Positions 29,480 to 38,992 of a stretch of DNA of 64,000 bases are shown in pieces. This DNA is from an uncultured delta proteobacterium (GTDB lineage: Bacteria > Myxococcota_A > Polyangia > Fen-1088): assembly GCA_963767925.1 (NCBI GenBank), contig CAVYGB010000002.1:96001-160000 (forward strand), read 5' to 3'. The translations under genes and the position numbers were made by a program. Every line of letters begins with the position of its first letter. Positions within the stretch are counted from its first letter, which is position 1. The notes below the pieces were generated by a model. The model did no database searches. It was given only the letters and a program-made list of their open reading frames with translations, and was not told the origin of the DNA.

Positions 29480-30022
29480 TCAGGCGGCCCGGCGGCGCGT
29501 CCGCGCTGCGGCAGCCTGGCCACGCCCGCGCCGCGGCCGCGGGGTCTCCCGCTGAGCCAGCTCGCCCAGGAGATCTCCGGCCCTCGCTTGGTCGCCGTAA
29601 CGAGCCACGTCGGCCAGGCTGATCACACCGGCCAGCCGCCCCTGCCCATCGACGCAGGGGATGCGCAGCTTCTGATGGCCCCGCATCAGCGCCTCCGCCA
29701 CCTCGACCTCTGCGCTCACCGCGCAGGTGATCGGGTCGGCGCTCATCACCACGTGCACCGGCGTGAGGAACGACCGCTGCTCGGCCAGCACGCGCATCGC
29801 CAGGTCGCGGTCGGTGAGCACTCCCACCAGCCGGCCATCTTCGGCGCAGACCGGGAGGAAGCCCAGGTTCTGCTCGCGCATCTTGGCGGCGGCAATCGCC
29901 ACCGACTCGTCGGGGCCGATCGTCCCGACGTCGGTGCTCATCAGATCGGCGCATGAAAAACCGCAGCCCTCGGAGCCCGCGGCCGGGGCGGCGGCCAATC
30001 GGAGACCTTCTGAGTTTTCCAT
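29480..30022 (-). CDS. CBS-domain protein
   Basis: GFLPV...GVLTDRDL, RIPCVD..GVISLAD. Confidence 0.85.
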   Translation of the reverse strand: MENSEGLRLAAAPAAGSEGCGFSCADLMSTDVGTIGPDESVAIAAAKMREQNLGFLPVCAEDGRLVGVLTDRDLAMRVLAEQRSFLTPVHVVMSADPITCAVSAEVEVAEALMRGHQKLRIPCVDGQGRLAGVISLADVARYGDQARAGDLLGELAQRETPRPRRGRGQAAAARTRRRAA

Positions 30023-30252
30023 GATCCCCCTTTGGGGCCGATCCACCGGAGCGGGTAGAGGGAAGGTACCCGAATGTGGCGGTGGCCCTTACAGCGCCGA
30101 GCCGGAGGGGCCGCGCCCTGGCGCCATCACGGAGATAACTTCGCGGTCACGAAGCGACTGGGGAAGCGCCCCTCACCCATGGCGTCGACGCCGGTCCCGG
30201 TCACCACGCCGGTGGCGGCTCAGCGGAGCCAGGGCCCGCGGTTGGGCGGCGG

Positions 30253-31041
30253 TCAGCGGAAGAGACGGCCGCCGGGGGTGAGGTCGAGGTGGAAGTGGTT
30301 GTAGTGGTCGGCGTTGTAGTCGGGGGTGAGGATGATGTTGAAGATTCGGGCCCCGTGCAGCGCGGTCACCGTGTCGCGCAGGAAGCGGCCGCCGGCCGTG
30401 ACGGGGGAGGACTGGTGCTTCTCCCAGTCGGAGACGACGGTGTACACGCGGCCGTCGCCGAGGCGCAAAGCGCCCAGGTCGAAGGCCCGACCCCGGCCGT
30501 GCTCGCTGAGCGTGCTGGTCCCGGCGACCACCCGGCAGCCGTAGATCCCGAGGTACGCGACGTCGGTGACGCCGCGGGCGGCGAGCATGCGGGCCATCTT
30601 GCCGAGGCTGGCGGCCAGCACGCAGGCGCCATAGATCCCCACCGGCCGCCCGTCGATGCGCGCGGGCCGCAAGGTCACGCCCGAGAGCACCGGCTGGATC
30701 AGCACCGGATCGTCGACGGTGCAGGTCACGTCGGGGCGACCCGCGGGGTGGTCGTTCATGGGCGGGGCGGTGGTGAAGGCGATCCCGAGGGCGATCAGAT
30801 CCTCCTGGCAGTCGCTCATCCCTACCGCGGTGGGGCCAGCGTCCGGTCCGGCCGCGGGCCGGGGGCGGGGATAGGGCACGGGGATCGGCAGCTCCTCGCC
30901 CGCGACGCCCCCGTCGAAGTGCACCCGCGGGTTGAGCACGATCCCCCCGTCCGTGAGGGTGACGTCCACCAGGTCGCAACCGGCGACCCCCAGCCCGGCC
31001 GCCAGCAAGCCCGCCGCGGAGAGGCCGCGTGCGCTCCACAT
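30253..31041 (-). CDS. extensin-like family lipoprotein
   Basis: GIYGCR, LSEHGRGRAFD, ILTPDYNADHYNHFHLD; VAGC lipobox. Confidence 0.85.
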   Translation of the reverse strand: MWSARGLSAAGLLAAGLGVAGCDLVDVTLTDGGIVLNPRVHFDGGVAGEELPIPVPYPRPRPAAGPDAGPTAVGMSDCQEDLIALGIAFTTAPPMNDHPAGRPDVTCTVDDPVLIQPVLSGVTLRPARIDGRPVGIYGACVLAASLGKMARMLAARGVTDVAYLGIYGCRVVAGTSTLSEHGRGRAFDLGALRLGDGRVYTVVSDWEKHQSSPVTAGGRFLRDTVTALHGARIFNIILTPDYNADHYNHFHLDLTPGGRLFR

Positions 31042-31340
31042 GCTCCGGGGTGTCACCAAGGGAACCTGGGTCGCCCGGCGCCCTCCGGCAACGCCCTGCC
31101 GGCTCCGAAGATGATCGCGGCATCTCGGCAATCGTTCGCCCCCTCCGAAGATGACCGGGGCCCTCCGCCGATCGTTCGCCCTCGCCCTCGCCCCGCTGCC
31201 GCGGGGCGAGGGCGGGGTGATGGGTCTCCGGTTGCTCACGGCGCCAGGTCTGTCCGCGTCGCGGGGCCGAAAACTTTCCGCCCGGGTGTCGAATCGGGGG
31301 TGGCTGGTTCGTCGTGCTGACAGGACCAGGAGAAACTGCC

Positions 31341-32961
31341 ATGACCACGGACGCCAGCACGGACACCGACCGACCTACCGACACGGAGACGCGGGCCCCC
31401 CGGGCGGGGAGGCGCGCCTGGATCGGGCTGGCGGTGATCGCCCTGCCCTGCCTGCTCTATTCCATGGACCTCACGGTGCTGAACCTGGCGCTGCCGCGCC
31501 TGAGCCGCGGAGCTACGGCCCAGCAGCTCGCAGCTCCTCTGGATCGTCGACATCTACGGCTTCCTGGTGGCCGGGCTGCTGGTCACGATGGGCACGCTGG
31601 GCGACCGCATCGGGCGCCGCCGGCTGCTGCTGATGGGGGCGGCGGCCTTCGGGCTGGCCTCGATCCTGGCGGCGTATGCCACCAGCGCCGCGATGTTGAT
31701 CGCGGCGCGCGCGGTGCTGGGCGTCGCCGGCGCCACCCTGGCGCCCTCGACGCTGTCGCTGATCCGCAACATGTTCCTCGACCCGCGCGAGCGCACGGTC
31801 GCCATCGGGGTGTGGGCCACCAGCTTCTCGGTCGGGGGCGCGCTCGGGCCGGTGCTCGGCGGGGTGCTCCTGCAGCACTTCTCCTGGGGCTCCGTGTTCC
31901 TGCTGGCGGTGCCGGTCATGGTGCTGCTGCTGGTGCTGGGCCCGCTGCTCCTGCCGGAGTACCGCGACCCGGCCGCCGGTCGGCTCGACCTCACGAGCGC
32001 GGCGCAGTCGCTGGTGGCGGTGCTGGCGGTGATCTACGGTCTCAAGACCTGGGCCAAGGACGGCCTGCAGGCCTGGCCCCTGCTCTGCATCCTGGTCGGG
32101 TTGGCGATGGGCGTGGTGTTCGTGCGCCGGCAGCGGCGGCTCGCCGATCCGCTGATCGACCTGCGCCTGTTCCGGTCGCTGGCCTTCCGGGTCTCGCTGG
32201 CGACCTTCACGCTGACCACGATGGTCGTGTTCGGAGCGGGGATCTTCTTCGCCCAGTACGTGCAGCTCGTGCTCGGGCTCTCGCCGCTGGCGGCCGGGCT
32301 GTGGATGTTGCCGGGGGCGATCGGCGTCATCGCCGGGTCGATGCTGGCGCCGGCCATCGTGCGGCGGGTGCAGCCCGCGCTGGTGCTGGGCGGAGGCCTG
32401 GGGCTGGCGGTGCTGGGTTTCGCGGTGATCACCCAGGTCGGACAGGGCGGGTTGCCGGTCCTGGTGGCGGGGTCGACGCTGCTCTACCTGGGCCTCGGCC
32501 CGGTGTTCACGCTGGGGACCGACCTCATCATCGGCGCCGCGCCTCCCGAGCGAGCGGGCGCCGCCGCCGCCCTGTCCGAGACCAGCTCCGAGCTCGGCGG
32601 CGCCATCGGCATCGCCCTGCTCGGCAGCCTGGGCACGGCCCTCTACGTCCGGGCCATGGCCCGCGCCCCGCTCGACGCCATCCCGGCCGAGGCCCGGCGC
32701 GCCGCCCGCGAGACCCTGGGCGGCGCCGCCGCCGCTGCCGAGCGCCTGCCCGGCGAAGGGGGGGCCCAGCTCCTGGCCAGCGCGCGCGACGCCTTCACCG
32801 GCTCGCTGCAGCTGACCGCCGCCCTCTGCGCCGTTGTCGCGGCCGGCACCGCCCTCGCCGCCCTCCTCCTGCTCCGCCGCCGACCGCCCGGGGCCCGGTG
32901 CGAAGCGGGGGCCGTGGTACCGTGCGGCCCGCCGGCCGCCGTCGCGGTCGGCGGACCCTGA
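31341..32961 (+). CDS. DHA2 (QacA/SmvA-like) MFS efflux transporter, frameshifted near 31510-31535
   Basis: SMDLTVLNLALP, break, LWIVDIYGFLVAGLLVTMGTLGDRIGRRRLLL; ELGGAIGIALLGS. Confidence 0.88.
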
Positions 32962-32968
32962 GCCGAAC

Positions 32969-33580
32969 GTGCTGTTCCGACCGCACATCCTGGAAGGCAT
33001 CCAGCGCGGCGAGATCACCCTCGCCTTCCGCCGCTGGCTGCGCCCTGCCGTGCGCCCCGGCGGCACCTTGAAGACGGGGATGGGCGTTGTGCGCTTCGGC
33101 GCCGTGGACAGGGTCGACGCCGCCGCCCTCACCGAAGCGGCCGCCCGCGCCGCCGGCTACGACTCCGCCGGCGCCCTCCGCGCGGAGCTCGACCAGCGGG
33201 ACGAAGGCGACCTCTACCGCATCGAGGTCGCCCACGCCGGCCCCGACCCCCGCATCGCCCTCCGCGCCGACACCGCCCTCACCCCCGAGACCCTGGCCGA
33301 CCTGCACCGCAAGCTCGCCCGCCTCGACGCCGCAAGCCCCACCGGCCCCTGGACCACCAGGGTCCTCCGCCTCATCGCCGACAACCCCGCCGTCCGCGCC
33401 GCCACCCTCGCCCAGCGCTTCGGCCAGGACCGCGACCGCTTCAAGCTCGACGTCCGCAAGCTCAAGAACCTCGGCCTCACCGAGAGCCTGGAGATCGGCT
33501 ACCGCCTCTCCCCCCGCGGCCAGCATCTCCTCGCAACCCTGGAACAACCCCCGCCGCCTCCTCGAGATCCGGCCCGGTAG
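32969..33580 (+). CDS. ASCH-like + winged-helix hypothetical protein
   Basis: ITLAFRRW.RP.VRPGG, FKLDVRKLKNLGLTESLEIGYRLSPRG. Confidence 0.75.
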   Translation: MLFRPHILEGIQRGEITLAFRRWLRPAVRPGGTLKTGMGVVRFGAVDRVDAAALTEAAARAAGYDSAGALRAELDQRDEGDLYRIEVAHAGPDPRIALRADTALTPETLADLHRKLARLDAASPTGPWTTRVLRLIADNPAVRAATLAQRFGQDRDRFKLDVRKLKNLGLTESLEIGYRLSPRGQHLLATLEQPPPPPRDPAR

Positions 33581-33646
33581 CCCCTGTTCAGCCAGGCAAC
33601 CCGCCGCCTCCCTCACCCCGCGGTCTGGAGTGGGCGGCCCGGCCGA

Positions 33647-34103
33647 GGTGGGCGGGGGGCGGCGGCGCGGGCGGGGGGGGGCGGCGGCGCGGGCGGGGGG
33701 CGGCGGCGCGGGCGGGGGGGCGGCGGCGGCGGGGCGGGCGGCGGGGGCGGCGCGGGCGGGGGGCGGCGGCGCGGGCGGGGGGCGGGGGCGGCGGCGCGGG
33801 CGGGGGGCGGCGGCGGCGCGGGCGGGGGGGCGGCGGCGCGGGCGGGGGGACGGCGCGGGCGGGGGGCGGCGGCGGGCGCGGGCGGGCGGCGCGGGCGGGG
33901 GGACGGCGCGGGCGGGGGGGCGGCGGCGCGGGCGGGCGGGGGGGCGGCGCGGGCGGGGGGGCGGCGCGGGCGGGGGGGCGGCGCGGGCGGGGGACGGCGG
34001 CGCGGGGCGGGGGCGGCGGCGGCGCGGGCGGGGGGGCGGCGCGGGCGGGGGACGGCGGCGCGGGGCGGGGGCGGCGGCGGCGCGGGCGGGGGGCGGCGGC
34101 GCG
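33647..34103. repeat. extreme G-rich low-complexity tract
   Basis: About 450 bp of almost only G and C built from ggcggcgcgggcggggg-like units. Confidence 0.85.
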
Positions 34104-34189
34104 CTTCCCCTGAGGTCAACGGATTTTCGAAGATCGACTGGACGCTGCTTGCTATTTTAGCGCGGACGACATAATATTGCCCCATTCAA

Positions 34190-34867
34190 ATGGGTGGACG
34201 AAGCTGTGGCGCTCAGCTCGATTTGCCCCGGACGTCCGGGTGGGGCGGGCGGAGGCGAGGGGCGGGGAGGCCGCCGATTCCGGGGCGGCGGAGGCCGGTG
34301 CCGCATCGGACGCGGGTCGAGCACAAGAGGGCTCATCCCTTGCACGTGACCTTGCGGGCGAGGGCGGGGCTCGTGTCACTCCGGTGCAAGCGGGTGTTCG
34401 GGGCGCTGCGAGAGTGCTTCCGGGCGGCGAGCGGGGAAGGTTTTCGGGTGGTGCAGTTTTCGGTGCAGGCCGATCACGTGCACCTGCTTGTCGAGGCGCA
34501 GGACAAGCCAGCGCTCTCCTCCGGGGCGCGTGGGCTGGTCATCCGGAGCGCCCGGGCGATCAACCGGGTGCTGGCCCGCGCTGGGCGGGTCTGGGGCGAC
34601 CGGTACCACGCCCGTGAGCTGGCCTCCCCGCGAGAGGTGCGCAACGCTCTGGTGTACGTCCTGATGAACCACAAGAAACACGGCCTGCGCGACCGCGGCC
34701 ACATCGACCCCTGCTCTTCGGCCCCCTGGTTCGACGGCTTCCGCGTGACCCTCCCGCCCCCCGCCCAGCCAGCGGTCACCTGGCGCCCGGGGACGTGGCT
34801 CGCCAGCGTGGGCTGGCGCCGCCGCGGGCTGATAGACCCAGCTGAGTCGCCCAAGACACCCGAGTGA
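34190..34867 (+). mobile_element. RAYT-like Y1 HUH transposase
   Basis: PLHVTLR, FSVQADHVHLLVEA (HUH), VWGDRYH, NALVYVLMN (catalytic Tyr). Confidence 0.85.
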
Positions 34868-34887
34868 GCGCGCAACGCGCTCACTCG
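34861..34887. repeat. perfect 12-bp hairpin at the transposase stop
   Basis: cgagtgagcgcg-caa-cgcgctcactcg. Confidence 0.8.
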
Positions 34888-34948
34888 CTCCGGCCCCACG
34901 CAACGCCAACCGAGGCGAGCGCCGGGTAAGGTCATCGCGGTCGCGCGC

Positions 34949-35316
34949 GGGTGGCGATCGCCGGAGGGGTGGAAGGCGGACGGCGGGGTGGGTGGCGATC
35001 GCCGGAGGGGTGGAAGGCGGACGGCGGGGTGGGTGGCGATCGCCGGAGGGGTGGAAGGCGGACGGCGGGGTGGGTGGCGATCGCCGGAGGGGTGGAAGGC
35101 GGACGGCCGGGTGGGTGGCGATCGCCGGAGGGGTGGAAGGCGGACGGCGGGGTGGGTGGCGATCGCCGGAGGGGTGGAAGGCGGACGGCGGGGTGGGTGG
35201 CGATCGCCGGAGGGGTGGAAGGCGGACGGCGGGGTGGGTGGCGATCGCCGGAGGGGTGGAAGGCGGACGGCGGGGTGGGTGGCGATCGCCGGAGGGGTGG
35301 AAGGCGGACGGCGGGG
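34949..35316. repeat. 41-bp tandem repeat, 9 copies
   Basis: gtggcgatcgccggaggggtggaaggcggacggcggggtgg at 41-nt period; no spacers. Confidence 0.95.
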
Positions 35317-35325
35317 ATGAGGGGT

Positions 35326-35414
35326 GCGCTGTGGACATGCCGGGCTGTGGACAGCGGACTGCCCACAGCCCTTGGACAAACGCGCAGACGCGTTTGCCCA
35401 CATGCCCACAGCGC
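35326..35414 (-). other. three-way-junction structured element
   Basis: Three stems of 14, 13 and 12 bp, each with one mismatch that is a G-U/G-T wobble on the minus strand. Confidence 0.7.
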
Positions 35415-35440
35415 CAACTGCTACTCAGCTTCGCGTTTTC

Positions 35441-35880
35441 AGAGCCAGAGGCAGAGCCAGAGCCAGAGGCAGAGGCAGAGGCAGAGCCAGAGCAGAGCCA
35501 GAGACAGAGGCGGAGACAGAGCAGAGACAGAGGCAGAGACAGAGACAGAGGCGAGAGAGCAGAGCAGAGCCAGAGGCGAGAGACAGAGCAGAGGCAGAGA
35601 CAGAGCAGAGCCAGAGGCGGAGACAGAGCAGAGGCGAGCAGAGCAGAGGCAGAGACAGAGCAGAGGCAGAGGCAGAGGCAGAGCAGAGCAGAGGCAGAGA
35701 CAGAGGCAGAGGCAGAGACAGAGGCAGAGGCAGAGACAGAGGCAGAGGCAGAGGCAGAGGCAGAGGCAGAGGCGGAAACAGAGGCGGAGGCGGAGCCGGG
35801 CCAGAGAGAAAGGCAAAGCCAGAGCAAAGTCAGAACCAAGCCCAAAGCCAGAGGTAGGGCCAGGGCCAGGCAAGAGGCAG
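35441..35880. repeat. purine-rich hexamer microsatellite (AGAGGC/AGAGAC/AGAGCC)
   Basis: No T from 35441 to about 35829; degenerate hexamers. Confidence 0.9.
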
Positions 35881-35907
35881 ATAGGGGGGCAGAGCCGGAG
35901 GGGCGGC

Positions 35908-37179
35908 TCAGAGGGCGCGGGGTTGGGTGGGGCGGTAGGTGGGGGGGGTGGGGGTGTCGGTGGGGGCTACGGGGAGGGTGACGCGGAAGCGGCTGCCGCG
36001 GCCGGGGCGGCTGTCGAATTCGAGGGTGCCGCCGTGGGCGGCGACGATCTCGCGGGAGATGGCGAGGCCGAGGCCGGAGCCTTCGCCGGCGGGTTTGGTG
36101 GTGACGAAGGGTTTGAAGAGCTGGGCGGCCATCTCGGGGGTGATGCCTTCGCCGTTGTCTTCGATGTCGGTGACGGCGTCGCGGCCGGCGAGGTGCATGC
36201 GGATCCGGATCTCGCCTCGGCGGGCGGAGGTCTTCGAGACGGCCTGGGTGGCGTTGACCAGCAGGTTCAGGAACACCTGGGTCAGGCGGGCCCAGTCGCC
36301 CACCACGATCGGATCGTTGTCGTATTCGCGGGCCAGGGTGGCCTGGCGCTGGATCTGGGGTGCGGTCATGCGGATGGCGGATTCGATCGGCGACTTCAGG
36401 GACAGCCGCTCGCGGCGGAACTCCTGGCGGCGGCCGAGCTGGCCCAGGTCGCGGGTGAGGGTGATGATCTGGTCGAGGCCCAGGCGGGCTTCCTGGCTGG
36501 CCCAGTTGACGTCGGCCAGGCCATCTTCCAGCGAGGTGCACACGGCCGATGCGGAGCCGGACAGGGCGGCGGCCCGCCTCAGCGAGGCGAGGTGGCCGAC
36601 CATCTGGCTGGTGGCCCGGTTGGCCAGCTCCATGTTGCTGAGGACGAAGGTGAGGGGGTTCTTGAGCTCGTGGGCCACGCTCGCGACGACGGTGCCCATC
36701 GCCATCAGGGACTGGCTGTGCTCGACCACGTCACGTTCACGGAGGATGCGATCCAGCTCGCGCTGCACGTCGACGGCGCGGAAGGGCTTGTGCAGGAAGC
36801 CATCGGCGTCGATGGCGGCGGCCTTGGCGCTCCCGTCGGCGGAGATGGCCAGCACCGGGATCTTGGCCAGGCGGGCGTCGGCCCGTTGCTGCAGGCGAAA
36901 CTCCCAGCCGTCCATCACCGGCATCATGAGGTCCAGGATGATCACCTCGGGAGGCGCGCTGGCGCCGGCCAGATAGTCAATCGCCTGTTTTCCGTTGCTG
37001 CAGCACCCCGGCGTGTAGCCACACTCTCGGACCAGCTCGGCGAGCGCGTTGCGGATGCCGGGATCGTCCTCGACGATCAGCACCGCGCCTCCGGGCTGAC
37101 GCTTGCCCTCGGCCGCGCCCGTGGTGGACGGGGCGGCATTCCTGAATCTATTCCCTGGCTGCGAGTAGCGGTCGAACAT
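35908..37179 (-). CDS. hybrid response regulator / sensor histidine kinase
   Basis: VEDD..LDLMMPVMDG REC domain; VAHELKNPL; QVFLNLLVNA; GSGLGL. Confidence 0.92.
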   Translation of the reverse strand: MFDRYSQPGNRFRNAAPSTTGAAEGKRQPGGAVLIVEDDPGIRNALAELVRECGYTPGCCSNGKQAIDYLAGASAPPEVIILDLMMPVMDGWEFRLQQRADARLAKIPVLAISADGSAKAAAIDADGFLHKPFRAVDVQRELDRILRERDVVEHSQSLMAMGTVVASVAHELKNPLTFVLSNMELANRATSQMVGHLASLRRAAALSGSASAVCTSLEDGLADVNWASQEARLGLDQIITLTRDLGQLGRRQEFRRERLSLKSPIESAIRMTAPQIQRQATLAREYDNDPIVVGDWARLTQVFLNLLVNATQAVSKTSARRGEIRIRMHLAGRDAVTDIEDNGEGITPEMAAQLFKPFVTTKPAGEGSGLGLAISREIVAAHGGTLEFDSRPGRGSRFRVTLPVAPTDTPTPPTYRPTQPRAL

Positions 37180-37474
37180 GGCTTTCCCCGCTTCCTGCCC
37201 CCCGTGAGCGATCGGACCCCCTGTGACCGAACGTCTTTGCGCATAATCCCTGAAGGCCGGCGAACATCCCAGCGCGAAACTCTCGCCCGGTGGGAATACA
37301 GGGCCCGCCTGCCAGGAAATTACTGAGTCGCGACGTGTACTTGGGCATCCGGAAGCACGCGCTCAGGCCCTTGCCTCGGCGAAGGCGTCGGCCGCCCCGG
37401 CCTGGATCAGGCCCACCCCGGTTCCGCCCGCCCCGGTCCCGCCCGCAGTCCCTGGATTAAGGCCTGGCATGGCA

Positions 37475-37997
37475 ACCTCCCCTCACCCTTCCCTCTCCCC
37501 ACGGCCGCAGACGGCCGCGGGGCGAGGGCAAACAGGCAGCGCGGTGCCTGTCTGACGGACGTGAGGCTTGGCCACGGGCTGGTCGTTCGGACCTCGCGGC
37601 CGCCCTCAAGGCGTGCGGGCAGCGGGCAACGTGCGGATGTCGAGATGGGGCTACCTCCCCTCACCCTTCCCTCGCCCCACGGCCGCAGACGGCCGCGGGG
37701 CGAGGGCAAACAGGCAGCGCGGTGCCTGTCTGACGGACGTGAGGCTTGGCCACGGGCTGGTCGCTCGGACCTCGCGGCCGCCCTCAAGGCGTGCGGGCAG
37801 CGGGCAACGTGCGGATGTCGAGATGGGGCTACCTCCCCTCACCCTTCCCTCGCAGCGCGGTACCTGTCTGACGGACGTGAGGCTTGGCCACGGGCTGGTC
37901 GTTCGGACCTCGCGGCCGCCCTCAAGGCGTGCGGGCAGCGAAGCGGGGGGCGGGGAGGGGGCGGGAGGCGGGTAACGTGCGGATGTCGAGGTGAGGA
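37475..37997. repeat. 178-bp composite tandem repeat, 3 copies, containing a CCCTCACCC...GGGGCGAGGG REP-like hairpin
   Basis: Units start at 37475, 37653 and 37831; the third lacks the hairpin. Confidence 0.9.
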
Positions 37998-38737
37998 CGC
38001 CTGGAGGGCAGCGCGCGAATCTTGAGGTTACGGTAACAAACCTCGTTGCCGTGGTCCTGCAGCAGGATGTGGGCGCGCTTGTGCGCGTCGAAGCCGTCCA
38101 CGTCCTTGAACTTGCTGGCGGCGATGGCGGTGCGCAGGGCGGGCGAGCCCAGCTCGTATTCGAGGACCTTGGCCCCGTTGAGCCAGTGCTCGACGTGGTT
38201 TCCCTGCAACAGGACCCGCGACTGGTTGAACTGGCCGGCGGGGCGGGCGCGCGCTTCGGGGGCAGGCAGCACGTCGTAGAACGAGCCGGTGCGGCGGCTG
38301 TCGCGCTTCTGCGCGTCGGGGTGCTGGCTGTCGTCGACCATCTGGTACTCGTGGCCGAGGGCGGCTGGCTGCTCCTCGGTGACGAGGTACTTGAGGCCGC
38401 TGTTGCCGGCGGGGGCGATCCGCCACTCCCAGGTGAGATCGAACGCCTCGAAGGTCCGCCGGGTGATGAGATCGCGGGCGCCGCGCGTGTCCTTGCCGTC
38501 GTTGGCCGGCACGCCGAGGCAACCGTCCGCGACGGCCCAGCGCAAACCGGCTGCGTCCTCCTTCTGGTACCCGCGCCAGCCGGCCAGGCTCTTGCCGTCG
38601 AACAGCAGCTCCCAGCCCTGCTTGCGCTCGCGCGCGCTCAGGCGGTTGGGGGCCGGATCGGCGGCGGCCGCCACCCCGCCCGCCAGGAGCCACATCGCCC
38701 CGATCAGCCCGGCTGTCCGCCAGCTCCGCTTCGACAT
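37922..38737 (-). CDS. DUF1080 / 3-keto-disaccharide hydrolase family protein
   Basis: GWELLFDGKSLAGW, GNSG, EYQMVD, VEHWLNG, LQDHG.EVCYRNLKIR. Confidence 0.92.
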   Translation of the reverse strand: MSKRSWRTAGLIGAMWLLAGGVAAAADPAPNRLSARERKQGWELLFDGKSLAGWRGYQKEDAAGLRWAVADGCLGVPANDGKDTRGARDLITRRTFEAFDLTWEWRIAPAGNSGLKYLVTEEQPAALGHEYQMVDDSQHPDAQKRDSRRTGSFYDVLPAPEARARPAGQFNQSRVLLQGNHVEHWLNGAKVLEYELGSPALRTAIAASKFKDVDGFDAHKRAHILLQDHGNEVCYRNLKIRALPSRRPHLDIRTLPASRPLPAPRFAARTP

Positions 38738-38992
38738 GGCCAGACGATACCTCCGCCACGCCGGGTCGCCAAACCGACCCCCGGCGCCCGGGCGCTGGCA
38801 TGAATTGCGACGGTCCGGGTCTGGGGACCCCCCTGGGCGCCGGGCTGAGTAAAAGGCGCGTGAAACGGTTAGGGGAAGTTCTGCTCGTTTTACCTCCTCT
38901 ATCTGCTGGGGCGGGCGTGCGCCGCTCGCTGGCCCGGTGATCCGTGTTTACGATGGCGGCCGTTCTCAAGGTCCCCACGGAGGCGAAAATAC

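Noticed and set aside
34190..34867. IS200/IS605 element with TnpB or IscB
   Set aside because: No tnpB or iscB ORF nearby; the motifs fit a RAYT-like stand-alone Y1 transposase.
34949..35316. CRISPR array
   Set aside because: Contiguous identical units with no unique spacers, and no cas genes in the window.
33087..37326. Long Arg/Gly/Pro-rich and (QR)n, (EA)n, (LC)n ORFs
   Set aside because: Translations of stop-free repeats and antisense frames.
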